Made by a program: the position numbers and the translations under genes. A stretch of 64,000 bases of DNA from Thermoanaerobaculia bacterium (GTDB lineage Bacteria; Acidobacteriota; Thermoanaerobaculia; Multivoradales; UBA5704): positions 1 to 64,000 of the forward strand of contig JBGAGQ010000015.1 in NCBI GenBank assembly GCA_044226625.1. Direction: 5' to 3'. The notes under the pieces were generated by a model, which ran no database searches, was not told the origin of the DNA, and worked only from the letters and a program-made list of their open reading frames with translations. Numbering within the stretch: position 1 is the stretch's first letter; each line of letters opens with the position of its first letter. Positions 26,718 through 36,680 of the stretch are shown here, one piece after another.

Positions 26718-29432
26718 ATGCGTCTCGTATTTCTAACCGTTTCGATCGCCTTGCTCGCCGCCGTTCCCTGTGCGGCGATAACGCCGTATCTGGTGCGCGA
26801 CATCTCGCGAATCTCGATGCCTGAAAACTCCAACCCCGATTCCTTCGTCTCCCTGGGGAATCGGGCGCTCTTCTGGGCGGGTCGAGGGGGCGACCTTTGG
26901 GCAAGCGATGGCACGTCCTCGGGAACGCTTTTGATCCAACCGCGTTTGGCCGGTCGACCGTTCGCCCTTGCCGGAGATACCGCCTACGTCCTTTCGACGG
27001 TGAACGGCAGTCCGTTCTCCCTCTGGTCGAGCCGAGGGACTTCGGAGACGACCGAATTTCTTTCCGATTTCGCGTTGCTCGGGAGCTCCGGCATTCCCGT
27101 GGTGTCGGTGCCGGGAACGCGAACCATTTTCTTTCTGGCGGCGGATCCGGCGCACGGTCGCGAGCTGTGGACCAGCGACGGCACCGCCGCCGGTACACAC
27201 CTGGTGATCGACCTCAAGCCGGGGATCATGAGCGGCGAGGTGACGGAGCTCACCTGGTTTCGCGGCCGCCTGTTCTTCAACGGTGACGACGGACGAGGCT
27301 TTGCGCTCTGGTCGACCGACGGCACGGCGGCCGGCATGCGGCGCGTCCGCGTCTTTACGCAGAGCACGCCGGAGGGGGCGTTCTTGCTCCGCGCACTGCC
27401 GAACCGTCTGATTTATTTCGGACCGGAGCGCGGCCGGGGTTACGAGATGTGGGCCTCGGACGGCACCACGGCCGGTACCGTGCCGCTTCCCGAGATCGCT
27501 TCGGGATCTCGCAGCGCCTTCCCGCGCGATGCCATCGTGGTAGGGAATCGTTACTACGCCGTGGCGAGCGACGGCCGGACCGGCTCCGAGCTTTGGACGA
27601 CGGATGGGACGGCCGGAGGCACCCGGCAGCTCACCCGCTTCCGTCCGGCCGAGCCGTTCGAGCCGTCCGGGCGGGTCTTTTCTTTCTACCAACTGCCGAA
27701 CCGCCTCGTCTTCCATGCCGACGACGGCTCGAAAGGGCAAGAGCCGTGGGTGAGCGACGGCACGGTGGCCGGTACGAAGATGCTCGCCGACCTCTGCGTA
27801 GGGAGCTGCGGATCGGCTTCAGGAACCTTTCCCAGCCCTCCCAATCGCTTGCTGATCGGGGCGACGCAGCCGGCGACCGGTTCGGAGCTTTGGACGACCG
27901 ACGGCACTCCCGCCGGGACTCGCCTGCTCAAAGACATTTGCCCGGGCACCTGCTCGTCGAACGAGTACGGCTTCCATCGTCTCGGCAACCGCATCTTGTT
28001 CGCGGCCACCGACGGCGCCCACGGCGAGCAGCTCTGGTCGACCGACGGCACGCCGGGCGGTACCGCGCGGATTTCGAACCTCGCCGACCCGATGCCGTTC
28101 GGCGGCTATTTTCCCGGTACCGCGGCCGGCGGTTCGCTGGTCTTTCCCGCCCAAGATGCGGTCCACGGGCGCGAGCTCTGGTCGAGCCGCGGCCGGCTCG
28201 GAACCACGCGGTTGGTCGCCGACCTCGAACCGGGACAGAACGAGTTTTCCGGCTCCTTCCCCAGCGACCTTGTCTCCGCCGGTACGCGGACCTTCTTCTT
28301 CGCGAACGACGGGATCGAGGGCTATGAGTTGTGGGCGAGCGACGGCACCGCCGCCGGAACGGTTCGAGTTTCCGATTTCGCTCCCGGAAGCGACCCTGGA
28401 TCTCCGCCGTTCGATCTCAAGGCGGCCGGAGGTGACGGGCGCCTGTTGTTCGCGGCTTCCATAGCGACAGGGCAGGGTCTCTGGATCGCGGATGGATCGC
28501 CGGACGGAACTCTGCCGATCGGCCTGCCGGGAGGTCAGCGCGTCGAACAGGTTGCGGTCGTCGGCGACCGGCCCTATTTCTCGACCTTCGATTCGCAGAC
28601 TTTTGAGAGGCGACTCTGGAAGACCGATTGGACGGGCTTACCGCGAACGGAGATCGCATCCTCACCCTCCGTCTCTTGGCTGCATGCCTTCGGTGCCGGC
28701 CTGCTCTTCTCCCGCGAAGGTTCGGCTGAAGAACAGGGACTCTGGATCGACGACTCGAGCGGCCTCCGTCGTCTGGCGGCCGTGACGCCGCAAAGCGAAC
28801 CGACGACGTTCGGCGGAAAGGTCTGGTTTTTCGGACGTGACGCCGACGGACAGGAAGCCGTTTGGGCGACCGACGGTACCGAGGCGGGTACCGTCGAGAC
28901 GATTTTCCTCCAGCGGGCATTCGGCGGACCGAAATCTCCGCTGGCCGGGGGGACGACGACCCTCTACGTCTTCGGCGATGGAGAGCAGGGCATCGGTCTC
29001 TACGCCGCCGAGGGTACGGAAGCGTCCCTTCGCTACCTCGGGGTCCTGTGGCCGAGTCTGGACATTCGCGGCGAGAAGACGCCGGTGGTTCTCGGAGACC
29101 GCCTGTTCTTCGAGGCCCCGTTACCTGGTCAGCCCGGCGAGACCGTCCTCTGGTCGAGTGACGGAACGCCAAGCGGAACGGCACCGCTCCAGTCCGATAC
29201 GAACGCCTCCCTGTTCAACCCGATCCATCTCCAGGTCTTCGCGGGGAAGGTGGTCGGATTCCTGTTTGATTCCTGGTTCGTTTCCGACGGAACGCCCGCG
29301 GGGACGACCCTCCACAAAGATCCGAACGTCACGTTGAGCGCCTTCAGCTCGCCAGCCCAAGCCGCCGGTCGGCTGTTCTTCCCGGCCACCTCGCCCGAGG
29401 CCGGAACGGAAATCTGGGCTTTGCAGCCCTAG
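26718..29432 (+). CDS. Secreted ELWxxDGT repeat protein
   Basis: Signal peptide; more than ten G.ELW.(S/T)DGT..GT-like repeats; AGGAGA SD. Confidence 0.93.
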   Translation: MRLVFLTVSIALLAAVPCAAITPYLVRDISRISMPENSNPDSFVSLGNRALFWAGRGGDLWASDGTSSGTLLIQPRLAGRPFALAGDTAYVLSTVNGSPFSLWSSRGTSETTEFLSDFALLGSSGIPVVSVPGTRTIFFLAADPAHGRELWTSDGTAAGTHLVIDLKPGIMSGEVTELTWFRGRLFFNGDDGRGFALWSTDGTAAGMRRVRVFTQSTPEGAFLLRALPNRLIYFGPERGRGYEMWASDGTTAGTVPLPEIASGSRSAFPRDAIVVGNRYYAVASDGRTGSELWTTDGTAGGTRQLTRFRPAEPFEPSGRVFSFYQLPNRLVFHADDGSKGQEPWVSDGTVAGTKMLADLCVGSCGSASGTFPSPPNRLLIGATQPATGSELWTTDGTPAGTRLLKDICPGTCSSNEYGFHRLGNRILFAATDGAHGEQLWSTDGTPGGTARISNLADPMPFGGYFPGTAAGGSLVFPAQDAVHGRELWSSRGRLGTTRLVADLEPGQNEFSGSFPSDLVSAGTRTFFFANDGIEGYELWASDGTAAGTVRVSDFAPGSDPGSPPFDLKAAGGDGRLLFAASIATGQGLWIADGSPDGTLPIGLPGGQRVEQVAVVGDRPYFSTFDSQTFERRLWKTDWTGLPRTEIASSPSVSWLHAFGAGLLFSREGSAEEQGLWIDDSSGLRRLAAVTPQSEPTTFGGKVWFFGRDADGQEAVWATDGTEAGTVETIFLQRAFGGPKSPLAGGTTTLYVFGDGEQGIGLYAAEGTEASLRYLGVLWPSLDIRGEKTPVVLGDRLFFEAPLPGQPGETVLWSSDGTPSGTAPLQSDTNASLFNPIHLQVFAGKVVGFLFDSWFVSDGTPAGTTLHKDPNVTLSAFSSPAQAAGRLFFPATSPEAGTEIWALQP

Positions 29433-29436
29433 GTCG

Positions 29437-30663
29437 ATGGCGTTGGAGACCCCAGCTCATTCGCCTTTCCGGCCCGCGATCAGCCGCGGCCCGTCGTGCG
29501 GTCCGGGCGCGTATGTCCTAGCCGCCGCGTTCGCGGGGGTGCTCGTTGCCGCATGTTTCGGAGCCCCGGCGGCCATTGCCCAAGAGGCCCTCAAGGTTGG
29601 GGAGGAACGACCCTACTTCCTCGCGACGCCGGCCGCCTACCCGGCCGGTTCGCCGGATCGACCGGCGACCTGGACGCGGACGATCGTTTCGCCCGGCGCG
29701 ACGTTCCTCCGCGTTCACCTGAGCGAGCTCGATTTGCCCGCAGGGGACTATCTGACCCTCGCGAGCCCAGACGGTAAGGAGGCCTTCACCTATCGCGGTC
29801 GAGGGCCGCACGGCACTGGCGAGCTCTGGAGTTTCCTCATCGGCTCGGACACCGCGATCGTTTCCCTACATTCCGGGCCCTTGCGCGTGGAGGGACACCA
29901 CGGTGTGACGATCGATCGCATCGCGTATGGAATCGGACCGCTCGAAGGTCTCTCGTCGCCCGCCAAGGCGATCTGCGGTACCGACGGCCGAGAAAACGCG
30001 GTCTGCCATCCGGAGGTGAACGTGCGGCCCATCGCGCGGCTGGCGTTTCAGCGCGACGGCTGGACGCTCTTCTGCACCGGCTTTCTGGTCGCCGGATCGA
30101 ACCCGAATACGATGATCACGAACAGCCACTGTTTCAAGACCCAGGCGGAGGTAGATACGGTCGAGGCCACCTTCAATTACCAGGCGAGACGGTGCGCCCC
30201 TTCCGCGCTTGCTCCGTCGCGACGATATGCCGGAGGGACGTTCCTACGGACGAGCCCGGTGACGCGGCTCGACTACACGCTGTTCACCCTCGAAGGAAAC
30301 CCCGAGGCCACCTGGGGCGAGTACACCGCGACCCGCAAGCGGCCGAGGGTCGGGACGGCGCTCGACTTTCCTCAGCACTCGATGGGGCGGGCGAAGCAGA
30401 TCGCCTATTGGCAGGATGCCGCCCACACTCGACGCTGCACGGTCGCGACCGTCGACGCCACCTACGAAACGGCCCCCGCGAGCCAGATGGGGTACGGCTG
30501 CGACGCCGAAGTCGGCTCGTCCGGCTCCCCGATCCTCGATCCTTCCAACGGCCGCGTGCTCGGAATCAATCATTTCGGCGACGTCGCTGGAGCTTGCCTA
30601 AACGCCGCCACCCAGATGAGGAACATCTGCGGGAACGCGGGCGCGCTGTTGCACTGTAATTGA
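29437..30663 (+). CDS. Secreted trypsin-like (S1) serine protease with N-terminal CUB-like pro-domain
   Basis: TNSHC (His), LDY (Asp), GSSGSP (Ser); AICG maturation-like site; start uncertain. Confidence 0.88.
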   Translation: MALETPAHSPFRPAISRGPSCGPGAYVLAAAFAGVLVAACFGAPAAIAQEALKVGEERPYFLATPAAYPAGSPDRPATWTRTIVSPGATFLRVHLSELDLPAGDYLTLASPDGKEAFTYRGRGPHGTGELWSFLIGSDTAIVSLHSGPLRVEGHHGVTIDRIAYGIGPLEGLSSPAKAICGTDGRENAVCHPEVNVRPIARLAFQRDGWTLFCTGFLVAGSNPNTMITNSHCFKTQAEVDTVEATFNYQARRCAPSALAPSRRYAGGTFLRTSPVTRLDYTLFTLEGNPEATWGEYTATRKRPRVGTALDFPQHSMGRAKQIAYWQDAAHTRRCTVATVDATYETAPASQMGYGCDAEVGSSGSPILDPSNGRVLGINHFGDVAGACLNAATQMRNICGNAGALLHCN

Positions 30664-30690
30664 AAAGGATTAGCCCGAACGTCTCACCGG

Positions 30691-30710
30691 TTTTCCGCTG
30701 CGGCGGAAAA
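30691..30710. promoter_or_regulatory. Perfect 8-bp inverted repeat (terminator or operator)
   Basis: TTTTCCGC-TGCG-GCGGAAAA just after the protease stop. Confidence 0.35.
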
Positions 30711-30799
30711 TCTGCGGGCGCCTGCCGCGTTGCGCGCGTTCCACTTCCTGATTCCCGCCCGGACGCCCCGGCGTCAGCCGAAAGGAGCGAGCCGGCGGC

Positions 30800-31140
30800 G
30801 GTACGTCCCACGTTCGCTGAGCTCGTCCCGTTTTCCGAATGCACGTCCCATTCGCCGAGCGCACGTCTCAATTCAGGGTAGGTCGGTCCCGTTCTCTGGA
30901 ATTACGTCCCGTTTTCTGGACTTGCGTCCCATCCTCTGGATATTCGTCCCGTTCTCTGTGCAAACGTCCCGTACTCTAGATATACGTCCCGTACTCTGGA
31001 TATACGTCCCGTATCCTGGCTCTGCGTCCCGTATTCTGCTAATTCGTCCCGTATTCTGAATAAACGTCCCGAATCCTGAATTCACGTCCCGTATTCCGAA
31101 TATACGTCCCGTACTCCGTAAATACGTCCCGTATTCTGGA
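30800..31140. repeat. Degenerate tandem array, ~17 x 20 bp, consensus TATACGTCCCGTATTCTGGA
   Basis: GTCCC recurs every 20 nt in 13 units 30881-31140; four more diverged units upstream offset by 1 nt. Confidence 0.95.
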
Positions 31141-31279
31141 CTACCTAGGATGCTGTTGCTCTGCGCCGGGGGGGATGCCGAGAGTCCGCGGGAAGTGCCT
31201 AGTACTGCTCCTCAAAGCCCCGGGGTGGAATACCATCCGGCGCGTCCGTCCAATTCATTCGACCCGAGGACCGATAGAG

Positions 31280-34200
31280 ATGAAGCCGCTCGGCGGGAGC
31301 GGTGCGCCCCGGGAACGAAAGGCCACCTTGCGCCCGAGGCTCGCTCTCTGGGGTCTTGTCGTCGTTCTGCTCGTAACCACGGGTGTCGGCCGGATTCCCT
31401 CCGCGGGCCGGAACGACGTGGCCCTTGAACTTCCCGGTTCGACCCTCAATTCTCAACTCGATCTCGCCACGAAGGTCCCAGAGCCGTATCGGGACGCGGC
31501 GGTCCGCGCGGTTCAGGCGCGGCGCGAAGGGCGGGTCTCTTCCGCCGTGGAGGGCCTCGCCGACCTTGCGCTCGATCTGCCGGAAAACGGCTCCGTCCAA
31601 ACCGCTCTTGGCGAAGCGTTCCTTGCGCGTTCGGCGACCTCGAAAGGCAGTCCTCGGGACCTTGCGCTCGGTCTCGACGCCGCGGAGCACGCGGTCGCCC
31701 TCGCGCCCCGGTCGGCCGAAGCGCTCTTCGTCCGAGCGGAGATTGCCACCCGGCTCCATCTGACCGCCGCTGGGATCTCCGGCTGGACGAGATTTCTCGC
31801 CGTGGATTCGGACTCGCCACGGGCCGGCCATGCGCGCGCCGCGATCGAAACGCTGCGCGTTCCGTCGTCTTACGACCTCTGGGAAAGCGGGGATCGGGCA
31901 CGCTTCGAGGCTGCGGCGAGGACCGGGGATTCCAAAGCACTCTTTGACCTTGTGAAGCGGTACCCGCTCTTTGCACGCCTCGAAACGGAGGAGATTCTCT
32001 TCCCTCGTTGGGGGCGGTCCCAGGCGCCGACCGAGCTTGCGGCGTTGAGGGGAATCGGCAAGGCGTTTGCGGTCGTCCTCCGGGATTCGATGGTGGCCGA
32101 TACGGTCGCTTCAATCGAGACGGCGGCTCCGGAAGGTCGAAGGAAGCTCGCGCGTGGATTGGCGGCGTTCGGCGAAGGGATGAGGTGCTATCGCCAGATT
32201 GGATCCGGAGAGCCCGGTCCATGGCTCTCTGCCGCGGCCCTGGACCTAGCGGGCAGTCCGTTCGCAGGATGGCCACGGTATTACGGAACGGTCCTTCTTC
32301 AACGCGGATCGGTGGCCGAGGCCGATGCCGAGCTCCGGACGCTGGGGAGCCTCTTCGACGCTGTACGCTACCCGACCCTGGGGGGGCGGATCCGCTGGCT
32401 GCAAGCGACAGGAGGGCTTTTTCTAGAACGACCTGAAGCCGCGCTGAAGCCCTATGGGGATGCCCTGGAGATTCTTTCCCGCAGCGAAGGAGAGCAGATC
32501 AGAGGTTTCATGCACCTTCTGGTGGGGGAGGCGTACGCCCGGCTCGGCGATCGAGACCAAGAATGGCGCGACTATGGGGAGGCTCTGAGCCGGCTACAAC
32601 TTACGGAGTTGCGCGCCCAGGAAGCGACCCTCTACGAGATCGTAGAGTCTTTGCTTGGCGAGAATCGGACCTGGGCGGCGTTGGCCTTCTCTCGTGATTT
32701 GAGGACCGTATGTCGCCGTTGGGGGCGGCCCGGAGCGCTCGCCGAGCAGGCGTTGCAGTTCGGACGGCTCAAGACGCAGCTGGGCGACGATCGGGGTTCG
32801 CTCCAAACGCTTAAGGCGGCCCAGGGGTTTGCAGAAAAAGTCAATCTTCCGGATCTACGCGAACGTTTCGAGGCGACCATCGAGATGGCTGAAGGTCGTT
32901 CCCTCGTCGCGAGAGATCCCCTGGCCGCAATCGAGCATTTGACCTCGGCTCTTACCCGCCATCGGCGAACGGAATTTCGCTATCACGAAGCCGGTCTCCT
33001 GGTCGCGCGGGCGGATGCGTTTCGCTCTTTCGGTCGGTACGCCGAGGCCGCGAAGGACCTTCTAGAATCGATCGAGATCTACGAAGGAAAGAGGGGAGCG
33101 ACCCGAGACCCGCAACTCCGGCAGAGTTCTTTCGAGGAGGCACAGGTCGCATTCGATTCGATGATCTCGCTTCAGGCCGAGTCGCTAGGAGACGCCGGAA
33201 AGGCCTTCTCTTTCGCCGAACGGTCTCGCGCGCGCCTCCTGTTCGACCAGATCGCTGGGCATGGCTCCGCGCCGGAGTTAGGGCTTCCTCTGGAAGCCGA
33301 ATCGATCCAGCGTGCTTGGCCCACCGACTCGGTGTTGGTCGAATATGCGGTTCTGCCGGATCGGCTGTACATCTGGTCGGTCGCGTCGGGTCGGCTTCGA
33401 CTCCACGTCGACAGGGTCTCGTCCCGCGAGTTGGAGCGGGCGGTCGGCACGCTCGCCCGGGGAGTGGCGAGGGGAGAGTTGGGTCTCGATGAGCGTGCCG
33501 CTTCGCAGAAACTCTACCGATCTCTCATCCAGCCGATCCTCGGCGAGGTCCCGCAAGGTGCCGATCTGTCCGTCGTCCCGGATCGATTCCTCGCCCGGCT
33601 GCCGTTCGCCGCGCTTCTCGATCCGTCCGACGGTCGTTATCTGATCGAGGACCGAATGATCTTGATCCAGCCGAGCGCGTCGTTCTATCTGGCGGCTCGG
33701 AATCGTCGATCGAAACAGCCGAGGGGAAGCGGTCCCGTATTCGTCATAGGAGATCCGGCTTTCAGTCGGGCGGCCTATCCCAGGCTGCGCCAGCTGCCGG
33801 AGGCTCGCGCTGAAGCCCGAGAGATCGCGGATCTCGATTCTCGTTCCATCCTATTGATCGGTCATGCCGCGACCCGCTCGGCTTTTCTCCGCGTGGCCCC
33901 AGAGGCGCGAGTCATCCACATCGCGGCGCATGCCATTCTCGACGCTCGAAATCCGGGGCTTTCGCGGATCGTTCTTGCGCCCGAAGTCGACGGGACGGGA
34001 GGAGCGATCACGGCGCAGGACATCGCGAAACTCGACCTCTCCCATGCCAATCTGGTCGTGCTTTCAATATGCAATGGGGTAGCAGGGGGTGATTCCGGTA
34101 GAGAGAACATCTCGGGCTTGGCGGCTTCGTTCCTCGCAGCCGGGGTTGGTACCGTGGTTGCGAGCCAGTGGGAAGTCGATGACGCGTGGAGTCGAACTGC

Positions 34201-34330
34201 GCTGCGCCGGCTTCTCCAAGGGGCTTCGAGACATCGGGACCTTCGATCATCTTTGGTTGGGGAAAATAGCGAAAGCCAGAAGGAAAATACTATCTCTGCG
34301 CGCTCGCTATTTGCGGTCTACGGACAATAA
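31280..34330 (+). CDS. TPR-CHAT (caspase-like) cysteine protease with N-terminal TM anchor; start uncertain (31175 or 31280)
   Basis: AERSRAR, VVPDRFL..LPFAAL, HIAAHA (His), VLSICNG (Cys), VVASQWEVDD. Confidence 0.9.
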   Translation: MKPLGGSGAPRERKATLRPRLALWGLVVVLLVTTGVGRIPSAGRNDVALELPGSTLNSQLDLATKVPEPYRDAAVRAVQARREGRVSSAVEGLADLALDLPENGSVQTALGEAFLARSATSKGSPRDLALGLDAAEHAVALAPRSAEALFVRAEIATRLHLTAAGISGWTRFLAVDSDSPRAGHARAAIETLRVPSSYDLWESGDRARFEAAARTGDSKALFDLVKRYPLFARLETEEILFPRWGRSQAPTELAALRGIGKAFAVVLRDSMVADTVASIETAAPEGRRKLARGLAAFGEGMRCYRQIGSGEPGPWLSAAALDLAGSPFAGWPRYYGTVLLQRGSVAEADAELRTLGSLFDAVRYPTLGGRIRWLQATGGLFLERPEAALKPYGDALEILSRSEGEQIRGFMHLLVGEAYARLGDRDQEWRDYGEALSRLQLTELRAQEATLYEIVESLLGENRTWAALAFSRDLRTVCRRWGRPGALAEQALQFGRLKTQLGDDRGSLQTLKAAQGFAEKVNLPDLRERFEATIEMAEGRSLVARDPLAAIEHLTSALTRHRRTEFRYHEAGLLVARADAFRSFGRYAEAAKDLLESIEIYEGKRGATRDPQLRQSSFEEAQVAFDSMISLQAESLGDAGKAFSFAERSRARLLFDQIAGHGSAPELGLPLEAESIQRAWPTDSVLVEYAVLPDRLYIWSVASGRLRLHVDRVSSRELERAVGTLARGVARGELGLDERAASQKLYRSLIQPILGEVPQGADLSVVPDRFLARLPFAALLDPSDGRYLIEDRMILIQPSASFYLAARNRRSKQPRGSGPVFVIGDPAFSRAAYPRLRQLPEARAEAREIADLDSRSILLIGHAATRSAFLRVAPEARVIHIAAHAILDARNPGLSRIVLAPEVDGTGGAITAQDIAKLDLSHANLVVLSICNGVAGGDSGRENISGLAASFLAAGVGTVVASQWEVDDAWSRTALRRLLQGASRHRDLRSSLVGENSESQKENTISARSLFAVYGQ

Positions 34331-34368
34331 TAATAGCTGGACAGCCCGAACAGGGGAGAGGTGACGAT

Positions 34369-36156
34369 ATGGCCAACTTTGATTTTGAGTTCATTATTAC
34401 GGGCATGTGCTTTCTTGAGTTTGATGACCGAATTACGCCGTCAAAATGCACCGTTCGAATCCCCAGGGCAGAAAAGGTCCCATTTACCTTTGCGGATGAG
34501 TTCGGCATCAACTCGGAGAAAGTCCCCGTGCCTCATCATCAAATTTTGAGCTTCCCAACACGTTTCCAGGTCTCAAACGCCAGCGGCCGAAGAAGGCCGC
34601 CGGATCGTGTCGTGCCAGCGCCTGATGGAGATGAACTTGGAATCTGTATTTTGAATAGAAATGAGACGTTTGACCTCAAGATCTTCGGGGCATCACCACC
34701 GTTGACCACTTCCGGACCGCTCTATCCTCCGAATGGGGTGCCTGCCGCCGGAGAAGAAGGAGATTTTCGTTGGACGGCAAGTCTGGACGAATTCCTTAAG
34801 GCTGGAGGGTTCTCGTCTGGGGGGATCGATTTGAATTGAATTGGAACCCAAGTCATTATCACGAATGGAGAATTCTCGACCTTGGAGGTTGGAAGACAGG
34901 CTGGCGAATTGATTCCGTATCAGATTGCTAAAATCAAGGATAACCCCGTAACGCCTGGACGGCATTCGTTGGCAGATGCCGTGGTGCTTCGAGTCAAGGG
35001 CGTTGCAGACCGAGTCGTCTTGATTCCAAATGATGGAGGAGCTGAGTTTACCTTCTCGGCGAGACAATGGGTAAAGCTCTCGGAACCAGTTCGGGTTTGC
35101 CTCTCGAATTTCCACGACACTCTTCACGACAGCCCTCGTGGCCTGATCGACTTCCTCTGGTACTACTACTCGCTCAAGAATTTGAAGGACAAAGATAATA
35201 AGAGGCCGAAGTGGGAGGATCTCTTCATCCCGTGGATACCCCATAATTTGTCAGGGAAAGTCACAGGAAGCAGTGGTCATTGCCCGCCAATTGCAGTTAA
35301 TTTTGGAGATGCAACCGCGTGGAATCTAGATGAGAATGATGTCTTTGGTGAGATAAAATTGGTTGGCAACGAGACGAACCCGATCGTGAAGGACTGTGTG
35401 TTGATCCGCCGAATGAACACTGTGGTCGGAAGCGGGGTCTTGGTTGCGAAGAACATGGTACTTACCGCCGGGCATGTTCTAGATGAGCACCCCACAGGTA
35501 TTTCTTACCTTGAGATAAGAGACAAAGAAAGAAAAGAAATAAACGTCACGTTCATGGAGGGTGTCTACGCCGTCGAAGGCGACGCGGACCTCTTGCTCTA
35601 TCGGCTGCTGGATGATGTAGACGCTGATATATGCGCGAGAGCGGCTTCTGGTGAAATAGGTAGTGAGATTAGGGCTGTCGGATTTGGTTTTTCGGACACC
35701 GGCACCGACAGAACTCAACGAGAGGCGTGTTTGGATGTCGTGAGTTTGGATTGCGGGAATCCTGGAGAGCCGAAGCTCTACTCGTGCAACAAGGGGAAGA
35801 CGTTGGTCGCGAAAGGTAAAAAGGGCGAGAAATTGATGTTGCATGATAGCGGGTCACCGGCTTATGTGACGGTTGACGGGATGAGGAAAGTCGCGGGAAT
35901 CGGCTTGCGTGTGACTTCGGGAACCTATTCGATCTATGCCTTGCTGCACGCTTCTAAGAAGTGGATTGATGACAATATTAAAGATTTGCAAGCAAGAGAG
36001 TCGAGTGTAGTCGGCGAAGGGCCAGTGAGGGCCATTACCGAACGGCCCCAAACGCCCCCAAAAACCGCTCCATCTGTGCCCCGGTCCCGACCGTCACGCG
36101 CAGGTGGGTCGGGAGCCCGGGGAAAAACTGCTCGACCTCGACGCCCTGCTCCTTGA
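34369..36156 (+). CDS. Unknown N-terminal domain fused to a trypsin-like protease, interrupted by one in-frame TGA at 34837-34839 (pseudogene or readthrough)
   Basis: ORFs 34369-34839 and 34882-36156 share a frame with 14 sense codons between; VLTAGHV, DADLLL, HDSGSP triad motifs. Confidence 0.7.
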
Positions 36157-36481
36157 GCGCCGCGATGATTGGGCGGACGTCCATCTTCAGATCGACCATG
36201 AAGAAGTGCGTGGCCGCGGGGATCGTCCGGTAGCCCTTAGCTTCGAGGGCGGCCATCGTGCTGCGCCGGGCGTCGAGGATCAGCTTCTTGGTTCGATCCA
36301 CGTGGGCCGAGTCGGCGAGGCTCGCTTTGTCGGCTTCGACGACGGCGATGTTGACCTTGTCCCAGGCTTGCTCCGCTTGGAGGCGTTCGATCGTCGACGC
36401 TTGGGCGACGGCGTAGCCGAGGCGCATTCCGGCGAGGCCGTAGATCTTCGAGATGGTTCGCGCGACGACCAGGTTGGGGTC
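36035..36481 (-). pseudogene. C-terminal fragment of a HisC-like class I/II aminotransferase
   Basis: DPNLVVARTISKIYGLAGMRLGY (PLP Lys motif) to LRVTVG; an in-frame TAG lies immediately upstream and the N-terminal half is absent. Confidence 0.85.
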
Positions 36482-36592
36482 CTAGGCATCAATCACCTCG
36501 GAGACGTCGCCTGGGCTTGTCTGAACGCCGCGACCCAGACGAGGAACATCTGCTTCCACGCCGGGGCGCTGTTGCGCTGCATGGAGCCGTAA
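36479..36592 (+). pseudogene. 3' remnant of a paralog of the 29437-30663 protease
   Basis: VLGINHLGDVAWACLNAATQTRNICFHAGALLRC vs VLGINHFGDVAGACLNAATQMRNICGNAGALLHC. Confidence 0.85.
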
Positions 36593-36680
36593 GGGACGAC
36601 GTCTCTCGGGGACGGGCGATGCGGCCCGTGAGCGCCGCCGTTGCGACGGCGCCCGCCCCGAGAAACGGAAGGAGACCGAG

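Noticed and set aside
30800-31140. CRISPR array or coding repeat (ORFs 30730-31059 + and 30873-31085 -)
   Set aside because: Units are contiguous 20-mers without unique spacers, no cas genes; the period is not a multiple of 3, and the short ORFs lack start signals
34837-34900. Selenocysteine recoding of the in-frame TGA
   Set aside because: No convincing SECIS hairpin downstream (only TTGG-AAC-CCAA) and no redox motif around the codon
31144-36486. CCTAGG at both ends as a target-site duplication of a mobile element
   Set aside because: Only 6 bp, also present elsewhere (e.g. near 21752, 29428, 59075); no terminal inverted repeats or transposase
36104-36592. 162-aa plus-strand ORF as a real gene
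   Set aside because: Chimera of antisense aminotransferase fragment and the protease 3' remnant
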